DNA of 64,000 nucleotides from an uncultured Nitrososphaeraceae archaeon (GCA_963837175.1 CAWIMJ010000050.1:334133-398132), one strand, 5' to 3'; positions 10,662 through 22,471 are shown, counted from the stretch's first letter. Notes: a model not told the origin generated them from the sequence alone. Numbers and translations are program-made.

Positions 10662-11051
10662 ATGAAAATGCTTAACAGTATCATCGCTATAGTCGTCATT
10701 TCTTTCATGGTGGTTGGCGTGCTTTGGGGAGTAAGCAACATAATTAACCGCCCTGAAGGATCATCATCAATAAAAAACGTTTCAGGCATTTTGTTAATAG
10801 CTCAAAACAATGCATTTAACAATACAAATCCTGATATCTATGCTGCCGTCAATGTACCCGAGAAGCTACTAGTAGTCAATAAGGATTTTGTAAGACATGA
10901 TCTTATTGTAGATGTATTAAAGATTAATACAGCTTATTTGTCTTCTGAGCAGGGTTTTACAACTGCAATTGCATCAAAAAAGGCTGGCACATTTGAATAC
11001 TACTGCTCCTTGCACCCAACCACAATGCGTGGTAAAATAATAGTCAAATAA
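10662..11051 (+). CDS. Membrane-anchored cupredoxin (blue copper) domain protein
   Basis: N-terminal TM/signal segment; type-1 Cu ligands H(DL)...YYCSLHPTTMRG. Confidence 0.88.
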   Translation: MKMLNSIIAIVVISFMVVGVLWGVSNIINRPEGSSSIKNVSGILLIAQNNAFNNTNPDIYAAVNVPEKLLVVNKDFVRHDLIVDVLKINTAYLSSEQGFTTAIASKKAGTFEYYCSLHPTTMRGKIIVK

Positions 11052-11556
11052 TGATTGCATTCAGCAGCCAGGTGCAAACATACTCATCGTCTAGAATATT
11101 AAGAAGCTTTCTCTATTTAGTGTACCCCCAAATCTTGCCACGAGGCGATAATTATAACGTAATGAAATATTTCGTCATCTTTTATTTCGATTTTCAATAA
11201 TCTATATAAATATAAATTAATCCTTAAAAATTGATATGTATGAGTAAAGTCCATCAGACTCTAATGTTTTAATGCAAAAACATATAATATAATTGATCAT
11301 ATGTACGGATTATATGGGTTATATATTGTCTAATTTCTACACTTCCAGTTGGAGGTACTTAATCATTCATTCTCTAAAATTATATAACTAGCTCGATTTT
11401 ACACCTCTCTAAATTCCTAACTAGCCTAGTATTTCTTCATTATACATTGTTCCTATTCTTTTGGCCGTCTTCATACGAAGGATAATTATTAACATGGTCA
11501 ACTTCGTAAAGAATAGACATTATAAACAGGAATTTATCATAGATTTATAGAGAATA

Positions 11557-12039
11557 TTGAAAGTATATCTTCTTTCTAAGAGTGATAGCTCTTATTTGAC
11601 TCAAATGATTCAGAAAAAATGGCCAAGGAATATACTGCCTAGAATAAAAAGTTTCAAGGTCTATGAAATAGAACCTGACAAGCGCATACTTCAATATGAA
11701 GGTTTTATGGCAGTTCAGGTAAATCGTGATACTGTCCTGCCCTTTCTAGGAAGAATCGAAATAATTGAGAAATTTCCTTCTGTAAAAATAGATATGGGAG
11801 CTGTTAGTTTTGTTTGCAACGGAGCCAAAATAATGAGACCTGGTATAACAAAATTTGATAACTTTCACAAAGGAGATATTGTTGTTATAAAGGATGAAAT
11901 ACATGAAAAAACATTGGCAGTTGGAATCGCTCTCGAGGATAGCAAAATAGCTAGTAATAACTCAAGGGGTTATGTGATAGATAATTTACATTATATCAGC
12001 GACAAATTTTGGAAGGCACATAAAGAAATTACCTGGTAA
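11557..12039 (+). CDS. PUA-domain RNA-binding protein (DUF1947/MCTS1-Tma20-like)
   Basis: PSVKIDMGAVSFVCNGAKIMRPGI...GDIVVI...AVGIAL...NLHYISD. Confidence 0.9.
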   Translation: MKVYLLSKSDSSYLTQMIQKKWPRNILPRIKSFKVYEIEPDKRILQYEGFMAVQVNRDTVLPFLGRIEIIEKFPSVKIDMGAVSFVCNGAKIMRPGITKFDNFHKGDIVVIKDEIHEKTLAVGIALEDSKIASNNSRGYVIDNLHYISDKFWKAHKEITW

Positions 12040-12148
12040 ATACACGGAAATATCCATATTCAAGATTTAGGTTTAAAGATAAAGATATTTTCATTAGAAG
12101 GATATGAAAGCAATACAAATTTAGGGAATTATTACCCTAAAATTTAGG

Positions 12149-12745
12149 CTACACCTTTAATGATTCTTCTCGGTAACCATTACTATTTATCATCAATAGA
12201 TCTATGCCGTCTCCACTTGATGCATCTCTTTGTATTGATGATTTTATAGCTTTTATTGCCAGTTCTTTTGCTTTTTCCTCTGAAAGTTCTTTTTTGTATT
12301 CAGCGTCCATAATACCCAGAGCCATTTCAGCTCCTGTGCCTACAGCTGCGTATTCGTCAGGAAGAAGAGATCCTAAGGGATCTAGTGTATAGATCTGAGG
12401 TTTACCATCAACTCCTCCAACGATCACCTGGGTTAATAGTGGAAAAAATCTTCTTTCAAACATTATGACTGACATTAATTTTGCAACCGAATTTGGTGCA
12501 ACATTGCGTTTAGTCTCGAGTTTTCTAATCTTAGCAAGAGCACCTACTTGTCTTACCAGCACTTGCATATCAGCTATCATTCCAGCACACGCAGCACCAA
12601 CAAATTCGGTAACAGGAAAAGTCTTCTTTGTATTCTTGTTTACAAGAAAATTACCATATGAAACACGCTTTTCGGCAGCCAAAAGGACGCCGTCTTGATA
12701 TGAAATTCCCACAGCCGTTGCACCCGGCATAAATTGAAATGCCAT
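12149..12745 (-). CDS. psmB: Proteasome subunit beta (probably the non-catalytic paralog)
   Basis: GATAVGI, AAEKR, AGMIADMQ, LDPLGS and RDASSGDG. Ala stands in place of the catalytic Thr1. Confidence 0.95.
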   Translation of the reverse strand: MAFQFMPGATAVGISYQDGVLLAAEKRVSYGNFLVNKNTKKTFPVTEFVGAACAGMIADMQVLVRQVGALAKIRKLETKRNVAPNSVAKLMSVIMFERRFFPLLTQVIVGGVDGKPQIYTLDPLGSLLPDEYAAVGTGAEMALGIMDAEYKKELSEEKAKELAIKAIKSSIQRDASSGDGIDLLMINSNGYREESLKV

Positions 12746-12889
12746 AGATTTTCAGATTATATCCTATAGTAGTTAGATTTAGTCCTTTCTATTCTTTATT
12801 CCCAGCTGGCTGAACATTGTAGTAGTATGAACAAGAAACAATATATTGAAAAAGTTTGTTGCAGTCTAATTGTGGTTGTGGGCAATCAG

Positions 12890-14610
12890 TCATTTCTTTA
12901 TTACAGAATAATCATGTATTCTAATAGCTTCCGCTACCAATCTATTTTGAAGTTCTAAGGCATTCTTTCCTTCAGGGTGTTTAGATTCGGCTATAGTCTC
13001 GGCTACAATGCTAATTATATGTCTTAATAGGAATTCATCTCCTCTCGCAGCTTCTGCGAGATAAGTTGAATTGGCCTTATTTACGAAAACTACATTTTCA
13101 TTAGTGAAACTGTATCTTGAATCTGAATCATCTTCATAAGGGATTACCTTATATCCAATTTTCTTTAATGCAAATGTCTTTTTGACTATAGGTTTTCTAA
13201 CTTTTCTTGTTCGTACCAACGTTCCATTTATATCCTTTTCATCCACCACTTGTACCAATTCTGCTTGTTGAGAAATAGTGTTGGTCGAGGGTTGATTAAT
13301 TAGCTGTTCTGAGGATGTATGCTGATATTCCTCTTGCGTTTGTTCTTGTGGTTGTCTAAAATCAATTTGTGATAAATCTGAAGCGTTCTTATGTGGAAAC
13401 CCTTGTTTTACCTCACCTGCATCTTCCGCTTGTCCAAAGGTATTTGATAGTCTATAAGTAGAAGGTTCGTCTGTCGAATAATTTATAATTTCAGAAGGAA
13501 TTCTTCCTCCTTGATCGATATCAGAACTGAGAACATCCCCTGGTTTTATGATTTCTTTCATATCTATTACTTCATAGTCTTGTACTTCTCTTGAGATTCA
13601 AGATTCTCGATAATGGCTTGTCCTAGTACTTTGTCGATCTCTCTATAAATTTTAGACTCTTCACGAGTAATCAGAACATCTTCATATTCGGTCAAACTTG
13701 GAATGACTATGTCTATTATGAATGTCTTCATTGTCTGATTGAATTTTGAGTATTCTTCATCCTCTATTAAAGCAGATTTATCTGCAAACCTTGACGTTAA
13801 GGTGTCACATCTAATATGACCTGTCACCCTGTTAAATTTAGTGTCAAAACCAAAGTTGTTACGGGTAACAATATGGTTTCCTACCATTATCGCTATTCCT
13901 CTCTCATCCTCAGATAATGGCCTCCGTGCAATTACTATTTCGCCACTAATGCGACCATTATCTATATTTACTGGAATTTTGTGACCCTGTATATCGGGAG
14001 CTTTAATCATCTGAGCACCATCAAAATTCCATTCTATAAAGTTCTCACCTTCTTTGACATACACCTCAAACATAGGGTGTCTCAAAATCGCCAACTTACG
14101 AATTTCTTTTGTCAATCTAAAAATGTCAATGACGACTTTTGAATTCTTCATAGTCAGTTCAGTACCATTGCGGTCAAGCGTCGGTTCGTTAATATCGTCC
14201 AATTCGACATTCCCGCTGAAAAGTTTATCAAGGGTATTACCATCTATTAAAATAGATTTACTGAAATCATCACGTCTTGTTCTTATTGTCATATTGTCAA
14301 AAGAAGTAAGGAATGATAATCTACCAGTACCGTACCTGCCTGTCCTAATTCGCTTTAACTTGGGAGAAATAGAGTCATGTTTTTTATGTGGAGACCCTAA
14401 AATCAAAAATTTTTCCATAGCATCTGGATTCATTCCAGCATCGTCTTCGATGATAACCGTACCATTTTTTAAAAGAGTAACAAGAACCTTCGTAGCATCT
14501 TCATCAAAGGCGTTTTCTATTAACTCCTTCACAATTTCATTAGGAGAAATCCAGGTTTTAGTTGCAAACTCTCTAAAAAAGGATGGATGTATCTTTAATT
14601 CAGAGGTCAT
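12890..14610 (-). CDS. GHKL/MORC-like ATPase (HATPase_c_3) with C-terminal extension; one gene split by a frameshift near 13587
   Basis: ELIENAFD, EDDAGM and GRYGTGRLS GHKL motifs. Adding one base converts ...ESQEKYKTMK* into ...ESQEEVQDYEVIDMKEIIK, in frame with ORF 12890..13561. Confidence 0.82.
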
Positions 14611-15405
14611 TTATCAAGTGAGAGGTACTTGCTTTCCTTTATTTATTACTTGTCAAATGAATTTTGACAATTTAGTCAGTAGCATTAAGGTTATAAAGTC
14701 TAGAATCCGTCAAACTAGTAATTTATAATGATTATAATTCTATGCTATATCTTTGCTATATACATTTTTGTGTCTACGAGACATCTATAAGGTATTTATG
14801 ATCACAATCCTTTCAATTAATATTCAATATATTTTTAGATTTTATAAGAAAAGTTTTATATTTCAATATATAATGGAATATCGAAAAATAACATGAAATT
14901 TTATAGGCGATGAAAGGAGAAGAAAATTCAAGTGTCACCTGCTAACATTTGAAATCATCGTCTTTATGTGTTAGTTTGCATTTATGCTTGCTCAAGAATA
15001 ACATAGGCATTTGCATTTTTTAGAGTACTAAGCTTAACAAATACTTTATCACGTAAGAATTCAAAGATATTCAAATTATCTTAGTTAATATCATTCTGAT
15101 CCAAATATTTTGGATATTAGTAGTTCTTGTGATGAATCCTTCGCTATAATTATTAAAAGTGGTTTACTAAGAATAATATTGTCACATTTGTATAGGAAAC
15201 CTAATCCTAGCCGCGTTGAATACTAAACATTAGTCATTATGCGAGTTATATATTATTCCCCATTTTTGTAGTCTCTGAATTGGATTAACGTTATTATTTA
15301 TTCTATATTATTATATATTATAAAACTAGTACAACTAGAAAGTTTTTTTTCATATAATGGCTAATTCAAAAGAATAATTGTCTGGAGTTAGTAATTATTT
15401 CTTTG

Positions 15406-16467
15406 TTAATGCGTTTCATTAATATCGTGAGGTAGGAAAAATTGCAAGAATAAACTAATAATGTACATTCCAGCTAGCATAATGCCAACCTTGAGCCCAA
15501 TTTCCTTTTTGAACATAGGTATCAGTGCTATTATTGTAACTGAAGTCACAAGTATAACCTGATAGGCTAGAAGATTATTCAGACCAATTGATGTGTAAAA
15601 GCCACCATGATACATTGCTCCAAACACCGCGACAGCTAATAGTAGCGTGTTATTTAATATCTTTGATCCTAATACATTTGCCACGGCTATTGTTGCGCCT
15701 ATGGCGCCCTTTCTAGCTAAAATCATCATAGAAATTTTTTCAGGCATCTCACCTGCTATTGGGCTTATGATGATCGCTAGTATAACAGCTGAAATCCCAA
15801 CCTCTGTAGAAAATCCCTGTAGTGAATGAATAAAGGGTTCAGCGCCTAGCAAGATCCCGACTGTCCCTGCTAGAAATGCTAGACTCGCTTTTAACATCTG
15901 CTTGTCAAATCGATTATTAGGATTGTGTTCTTTTTTTACTTCTACTATCTCCTGACCTCCTATGTTATGAAGCAAGTCTGTCGATTTTGTTTTTGATTTT
16001 TCAGCCTTCATTTCAATTAGGGCCATTGCCAGATAGGCGACAAACATAACCGCAAAAACAATTCCATCAATATAATTATAGCCGTCTATGAACAAGACCG
16101 CACTTACGACAGCTGTGATGAGAAGAAATATTTTATCCAATTTAAATGGACTCACATCTATGCCCTTTAAGGGAGCTTTTGAAAGGCGCGTTGTGGCAAT
16201 AAGCAACATTATAGCCAATCCTAAGGTCATCATCAAAAGATTGCTGCCGAGTCCTGCCGCTACGGCAACACCATAGAATCCTCCAGCAGCAGCATAAACG
16301 ACTATCGCTATCTCAGGAAGTGTCGTTGCCACACTAAGAAGTGTCCTACCAACAAATTTTCCGCCATATTTTTTTGAAAGATGCTCTGCGCCATAAGAAA
16401 GGATCCAACTAGCCACTGTTAATTCACCAAGCCAAAATAACATTGTAGTCAGATTACTTTCAGCCAA
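15406..16467 (-). CDS. Sodium/calcium exchanger family membrane protein
   Basis: Two alpha repeats (ATTLPE...GSN and GEMPE...NVLGS); about 10 TM segments. Confidence 0.88.
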   Translation of the reverse strand: MAESNLTTMLFWLGELTVASWILSYGAEHLSKKYGGKFVGRTLLSVATTLPEIAIVVYAAAGGFYGVAVAAGLGSNLLMMTLGLAIMLLIATTRLSKAPLKGIDVSPFKLDKIFLLITAVVSAVLFIDGYNYIDGIVFAVMFVAYLAMALIEMKAEKSKTKSTDLLHNIGGQEIVEVKKEHNPNNRFDKQMLKASLAFLAGTVGILLGAEPFIHSLQGFSTEVGISAVILAIIISPIAGEMPEKISMMILARKGAIGATIAVANVLGSKILNNTLLLAVAVFGAMYHGGFYTSIGLNNLLAYQVILVTSVTIIALIPMFKKEIGLKVGIMLAGMYIISLFLQFFLPHDINETH

Positions 16468-16621
16468 GCATGAGTTATCCTAAAAAAGGTTAATATAAAT
16501 CACATTCTACATTTTCAAATCATATATTGAATTGGCTTCCTATTCAAAAGAAATAATAAACTTACATTTCCGTAGAAAGCACGAACGTTAGTAGAGATAT
16601 ATATACTGACTATTTTAAAGC

Positions 16622-16786
16622 TCAATTAGTAAATGGGGAAAATACCAAGTTCTTGCTCAAGTATTCCATGCTTATCAAGACTTTCGCAGTAGGCATTGTA
16701 GTTAACATTATCATTAGTGTAGGGACAACAGCACATACTATCATAGTGAGAATTATCAGGACGACTGCAGTCATCTTTTCAGCCAT
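16622..16786 (-). CDS. Small single-pass membrane protein (54 aa)
   Basis: ATG at 16786 to TGA at 16622: MAEKMTAVVLIILTMIVCAVVPTLMIMLTTMPTAKVLISMEYLSKNLVFSPFTN. TTTATATAA and GAGG lie upstream. Below the ORF-track cutoff. Confidence 0.5.
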   Translation of the reverse strand: MAEKMTAVVLIILTMIVCAVVPTLMIMLTTMPTAKVLISMEYLSKNLVFSPFTN

Positions 16787-17327
16787 AAATTAACCTCTTC
16801 AAATTGGTTATATAAATTTTAAACAAAATATTTATTATTCTTATATCACTTTAATTTTTATTTCACCTAAATTCGCCAAAAAATGTTGCTTACGGTAGAG
16901 TTAGACTTATTCACAGCGTCTAAAACGTCTTAGAATATACATTAGTCTTTTTCTTTGTATTATTGTACTATAAGCAGTATAATGGTATCAGAACGCTAGA
17001 CAAATAAAAATAGATACAAAAAGGAAAGTAAAATGTTTATTGAGTTATGAGAAAATATCTGGTCCTATGAGAAAAACATAGCTGCGATGAGATAGATCTG
17101 CCAAGCGCGATCCTCAAAATTATTGGACATTTTATGCAGGTAAATATGAAAGATCTACGCAAATTTAGAAGATTTGATATGAAGGTAAATGGTTTAATCT
17201 CTCATTTTCAGCCATGACCTGATAACTTAAGTGACAGACAGGCAGTTGATTGTTTTACATTATCTTATATCTTATATGTAGGTTTAGTGTATATTATGTG
17301 ATCTTTTTGATACAAAATAGTTTTCCG

Positions 17328-17630
17328 ATGAGGGAATGGCACGTTGAACACATGGAAAAAATAATTGTGAAGTACATAAGAGGATTATCGGAGAATGCTT
17401 CTGCATGGGAGAAGAGGCAGCACAAACGATACGGCAAAATAACAAATACATGTAGAAGTATTGACTATGATATCAAGCACGGAGTTACACATGAAGAAGT
17501 TCTTTTGCTTTTACAAAAAATTCGAAACCATTCGTCTTTTTCTAGTCTTCGAAAAAATGAAGGATCTATAGAAAGATTAGATGAGGTAGAAAAATACTTT
17601 GTCCCATCCAAACGGACGAGCTGGCAGTAA
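17328..17630 (+). CDS. Hypothetical protein (MREWHVEHMEK...)
   Basis: Globular composition from the ATG at 17328; the upstream extension in the ORF track looks non-coding. Confidence 0.7.
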   Translation: MREWHVEHMEKIIVKYIRGLSENASAWEKRQHKRYGKITNTCRSIDYDIKHGVTHEEVLLLLQKIRNHSSFSSLRKNEGSIERLDEVEKYFVPSKRTSWQ

Positions 17631-18443
17631 TATCAACTCCCAACTTAGATTGTATATACATAGATGTATATGATTATATGTGTAATTTTTACATAATATA
17701 GAGATAATATTATAATATTTACCATGGAAATGTTTGTCATAACGAAATATGTCAAAATGAGTTTGAATATAGTATAAAAGTAAATTATCATTGCTCATGA
17801 TAATAGTATAATTCTCTCGTCTTTTTGATTTCTTCTTTACACGTTAGGTCAAAAATGATAAGATTTACTGATTCTTCAAGTAAAGGAGATTGATGATAAT
17901 CCAAAATGAACAATTCGTTTTTTTCTAAGCCAGGAACACTAATACTCAGGTTGATTAGAAATCAGTGAAGCACCATACTCTAAAGTCTATTATCGGTTTT
18001 CAATAAATAAAATCAGAAGAAAGGTTGGAATATCAACAGTGTGGTCAAGTCATTATGAACATTAGATCATGGAGAAAGTATCATTGATTACGGCATGCAT
18101 TATTGATCCGTCATTTATTCTTCAAATCGTTTAAAGTTCTTGAATCTATTCTAATTTCTTAATATGACAATTAAATATGTATGAATACAAACTTGACAAC
18201 CTAACAAACGATAATTGTAAGTTGAACCTCATATACGATATTGTCTTAATGAGTTTGTATTCTGTTCGATAACACTTATCAAAGTATAATGTATGTCTTA
18301 GAGTCAATATTATAGAGACGAGAGCTTATCAGTAAAATGTTAAACGCTCTTAAATGTATTACTAGTCATAAAAATTTAAATTATAATGGCTTTTCTATAT
18401 AACGAATATAAATAACCACAATAAGAATGTCCTCTGCTGTTAG

Positions 18444-19568
18444 ATGAGATTAATCGAATATCAGGGCAAGGAGTTGTTTGATCAATACGGCATTAGAATT
18501 CCAAGGGCGTATCTTGCAAATACTATCGAAGAGGCTCAGCAAGCTGCGATTAAACTTGCATATCCCTTTATGCTAAAATCACAACTTACTGTGGGTGGAA
18601 GAGGAAAAGCAGGAGCAATTTTAAAATGCAATTCAGAAAAAGAATTGAAATCCAAATTCTACGAACTTTTAAATAAAGAAGTAAAAGGAGAGCAGCCTCG
18701 TGGAGTTTTACTTGAAGAAATGGTTGGAATAACAAAAGAACTATATCTATCGTTTTTCCTCAACAGAAGCAAACGGTGTTATTCTCTTATTGCATCAGCT
18801 GAAGGGGGAATTGAAATAGAAAATGTGGATAAGAAAGTAATTATAGATATACCTCTTAACGGACTCACCATGCAAACTGCAGAAGATGTAGCTCATAAAC
18901 TAGGTCTAATGGGCAGCATGGTAGTCTCTTTTATTGATTTTATCACGAAACTTTCCAGACTTATGGAAGAAAAGGAAGCAGAGTTGGCAGAAATAAATCC
19001 TGTTGCTATACTCGGCGATGGCTCTCTCATGGCTCTTGATGCTAAAGTGATCATAGATGACAATGCGACTTTTAGACATCCTGAATTGAAAAAATATGAA
19101 TATACTTCGGAATTAGAGGCACAAGCTCAGAAGAGCGGATTCTCTTTGGTCGAATTAGGTGGAAATATTGCTATAATAGGTAATGGGGCTGGACTTGTAA
19201 TGTCAACGCTAGATATGGTTTCAGACGCAGGCGGTAAACCAGGCTCTTTTCTTGATTTTGGTGGTAGAGCTACGACTGAAACAATCTATGAGGCGTTAAA
19301 GTTGATAAGCAGGTTAAAAAAAATAGATGCAATTTTGGTAAATCTCTTCGGAGGGATAGTAAAAACTACTCTTGTAGCGCAGGCGATACTGGACGCATAT
19401 AACAATAATCTTCTTGATGTTCCCGTGTTTGCCAGAATTTCTGGCGCAGAATCCGACACCGCTAAAGAAATGTTGAAAGGGAGTCATGCAAAATTATATG
19501 ATACAGTTGAGGAAGCAATACTTGCGGCGGTAGAACAGATAAAAAAAAAGAGGCATAGAAATGAATAA
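18444..19568 (+). CDS. sucC: Succinyl-CoA synthetase beta subunit
   Basis: MRLIEYQGKE, GGRGKAG, EINP, LDAK, GNGAGL and DFGG. Confidence 0.96.
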   Translation: MRLIEYQGKELFDQYGIRIPRAYLANTIEEAQQAAIKLAYPFMLKSQLTVGGRGKAGAILKCNSEKELKSKFYELLNKEVKGEQPRGVLLEEMVGITKELYLSFFLNRSKRCYSLIASAEGGIEIENVDKKVIIDIPLNGLTMQTAEDVAHKLGLMGSMVVSFIDFITKLSRLMEEKEAELAEINPVAILGDGSLMALDAKVIIDDNATFRHPELKKYEYTSELEAQAQKSGFSLVELGGNIAIIGNGAGLVMSTLDMVSDAGGKPGSFLDFGGRATTETIYEALKLISRLKKIDAILVNLFGGIVKTTLVAQAILDAYNNNLLDVPVFARISGAESDTAKEMLKGSHAKLYDTVEEAILAAVEQIKKKRHRNE

Positions 19569-20475
19569 AAAATTTGATATATTTGATATTTTGATTGGAG
19601 ATACAGCTGATAACGATTTTGAAAAAAAACCTGTCATAATTCAAGGAATTACAGGAAGTTATGGTTCTACTCATACAAGACTAATGAAATCTTATGGTAC
19701 AAATATTGTTGCCGGAGTAACCCCTGGAAAAGGGGGCCAGAACTTTGAAGGAACTCCAATTTATGATAATATGGCGGAAGCAGTGAAATCTACAGGTGCC
19801 AAAATATCGGGAATATTCGTTCCTGCACCGTTTTTTCTTACTGCTGCAAGGGAAGCTTTGGATAATGGAATAGAATTACTAGTTGCCATTCCTGAACATG
19901 TTCCTATCAGAGATTCCATCACAGTTGTAGAGTATGCTAAGAGTAGGGGCGCGAAAATGATAGGACCTAATACGCCTGGTGTAATTGTGCCTGAGATCAT
20001 GAAAGTTGGTATCATGCCTGCCCAGCCATTCAAAGCAGGAAATACGGTAGTGTTTTCGAGAAGCGGAACTTTAATGTATGAAGTATCTTATAATTTAACT
20101 AAAGCAGGTTTTGGACAAAGACTCTGCCTTGGCATTGGCGGAGATCCAATCAATGGAACTAATCTGATTGAAGCCTTTGATATGGTTAAAGACAGAGATG
20201 ACGTTGATTCAATAGTAGTAGTAGGAGAGATTGGAGGAGACGCCGAAGAGCTACTTGCAGATTACCTAATAACAACTAATTATTCTAAACATGTGGTAGC
20301 TTATATCGCAGGAAGATCTGCTCCAAAAGAGAAGCGAATGGGACATGCAGGTGCCATAGTTTACGGTAACTATGGTTCTGCAGAATCGAAAGCAAAGAAT
20401 TACGCAAAAGCCAACGTTGAAGTTGCAAGAAGACCAAGAGAGGTAGCGCAATTATTATCAAAGATTCACCGATAG
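19561..20475 (+). CDS. sucD: Succinyl-CoA synthetase alpha subunit
   Basis: QGITG, GVTPGKGG, IGPNTPG, SRSGTL, GIGGD, GEIGG and the RMGHAGA phospho-His motif. Confidence 0.97.
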   Translation: MNKKFDIFDILIGDTADNDFEKKPVIIQGITGSYGSTHTRLMKSYGTNIVAGVTPGKGGQNFEGTPIYDNMAEAVKSTGAKISGIFVPAPFFLTAAREALDNGIELLVAIPEHVPIRDSITVVEYAKSRGAKMIGPNTPGVIVPEIMKVGIMPAQPFKAGNTVVFSRSGTLMYEVSYNLTKAGFGQRLCLGIGGDPINGTNLIEAFDMVKDRDDVDSIVVVGEIGGDAEELLADYLITTNYSKHVVAYIAGRSAPKEKRMGHAGAIVYGNYGSAESKAKNYAKANVEVARRPREVAQLLSKIHR

Positions 20476-20556
20476 ATACTTATCAACACTCAATTATAAG
20501 ACGCGCCCCAAGTCCAGGACTAGAGTGGTATATAAAAAAAATTGTGTAGTTTGATC

Positions 20557-20775
20557 TTAAACATTAATGACATCAGTATATGTAGTTGCACACAACTGAC
20601 AGGTAAAACAACCCACCCATTGTCCTATGTCCCTTTTTCTGTAATCTAAATTGGCAAGTGTCGAGCCACATTTAGGGCAATTTTTTTTAAAGTAAGAATA
20701 TCCACATGAATTACAATTTGTTTGCATAGGCGTTTCAAAGATATCTTTACGTTGGCATTTTGGACAACGGTCCAA
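20557..20775 (-). CDS. Small multi-Zn-ribbon protein
   Basis: CPKC, CNSC, CPKC and CQLC motifs; probable TTG start at 20775 (the ORF extends to 20850). Confidence 0.65.
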   Translation of the reverse strand: MDRCPKCQRKDIFETPMQTNCNSCGYSYFKKNCPKCGSTLANLDYRKRDIGQWVGCFTCQLCATTYTDVINV

Positions 20776-21031
20776 TCTTCCGAAAAATTGGCTTAACAAT
20801 AATAAAACCTTATCGTTGCAACTAAATCCATTTATACAATTGCAATACATGAATGATATTGAAAAGACAACGATGTTTCTCTGACAACCTTATGACAAAA
20901 TATCTACGTGATTCATCTAAGTTTTTCTTTCTAATTATACAAATAGGAGAAAACATAAATATAAAATATGTGATTATAAAAGATATCAGACAGGCGCGAT
21001 GTCTTCCTACCGAATCCGTTTATTAAGATAG

Positions 21032-21871
21032 TTGAGAATAAACAAAATGCATCAGTTGTTAGCAAGAGAAATTATCGATTTAAAACAAGAATTTATAAAA
21101 AACCATGAAGCAACGGGTTTTATCTATGAGGTCATCCCCTTATCTTATTCTTTTAAATTACCAATCAATGAGTATATTTTGCATATGTTGAACGAATTTG
21201 GAAAAAATAACCCTCTTTATTACAAAATTGATGATTTACAGCTATTTAATATCCCATGTAGATCTTATGCAGGAGATATCAATCATTATTGGATTAGCAG
21301 CAAAAAATATGATACAAACTATCAGCCGTTTTATCCCACATGGCTTTTATCCGCCTATACACTGTCGTTAGGGGCTAAAAATTTCGGTTTTAAAGAAATC
21401 ATTGACATAGGATCCGGAGATGGAAGGATTGCTTATTGCGGTCAGCTGTTGGGAATGAATTCGATTGGAATAGAAATTGACAGCGAGCTTGTAAGTCTTC
21501 AGCAAAGAATATTAAAATCGACTGGAATTGAGTATAAAATAATAAATGATGATGCAACAATTATAGACTACTCAACACTTGAAATTTCAAAACCTATTTT
21601 CTTCATTTCAGGTTTGCCTGAGTTGGGCGATATGCTCGCTATTAACGTTCTTGAGAAAGTAAAAGAAATAGCCGATCTGCGGCAATCTTCAGGTTTTAAT
21701 TTCATGGGCAGCCATATCATGAAACAATATACATCAGACAAGACAAAGTGGGGATGGGGAAAAATTATTGATAAATTTGATCTACATCTTATTGATTGCC
21801 TTACGTTGCCAACGCATTGGACTAATGAACAACAACATAATACTCCATATATTTATACAAAGATGTATTGA
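21032..21871 (+). CDS. Putative class I SAM-dependent methyltransferase
   Basis: IIDIGSGDGR motif I, GIEID and NDDAT. Confidence 0.78.
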   Translation: MRINKMHQLLAREIIDLKQEFIKNHEATGFIYEVIPLSYSFKLPINEYILHMLNEFGKNNPLYYKIDDLQLFNIPCRSYAGDINHYWISSKKYDTNYQPFYPTWLLSAYTLSLGAKNFGFKEIIDIGSGDGRIAYCGQLLGMNSIGIEIDSELVSLQQRILKSTGIEYKIINDDATIIDYSTLEISKPIFFISGLPELGDMLAINVLEKVKEIADLRQSSGFNFMGSHIMKQYTSDKTKWGWGKIIDKFDLHLIDCLTLPTHWTNEQQHNTPYIYTKMY

Positions 21872-22471
21872 TAAAATTGTTGAGCTAAATATACGGAACC
21901 TATGAGAGAAATAGTTTTTAATCAAAATATTAATTATATAAAAATGTAATTTTATTTGGGTCAGAAATATTACCGATACTTTACCTATTGGAATATACTA
22001 ATTAGAATATAATCTAAAAATACTCTAGAATTCCATAACATAGCGTTCTTCATTGCTTTAATTCAATTACAATCATCGCCAGAATGTTGTCTTATCAATT
22101 TTTACAAAATGCCGACCAATGATTTATATAATCGCCAGAGTGCGTAATTTTTTATTAGATATTTATATTCACATAGATATAAATTGAAGCGATCACAGAA
22201 TCAGCTTATTACATACAATTTAATTCTCTAAAACGTCTATCGGATGGCATATGCAATTGAAGTATGAAAAAATTTAAACACTTATTGATAAATGGTTTCT
22301 TATTTACCAAAATGCTGACATACTTTACCACTGGCTGAAGTGAATTGCTGAACAAGGTTTATCTGGTTTGGTTGTATGACAGATTTTGTAATTCATACTA
22401 CCGTAATGAACGATATCTAAATGCGTATTTAGCGAAATTTATTTCATTAATGTTAGTGTAATAGAGTTAAG

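Noticed and set aside
14054-14728. 224-aa plus-strand ORF and the many other antisense ORFs of 60-105 aa
   Set aside because: They are shadow frames opposite well-supported genes and have no recognisable motifs.
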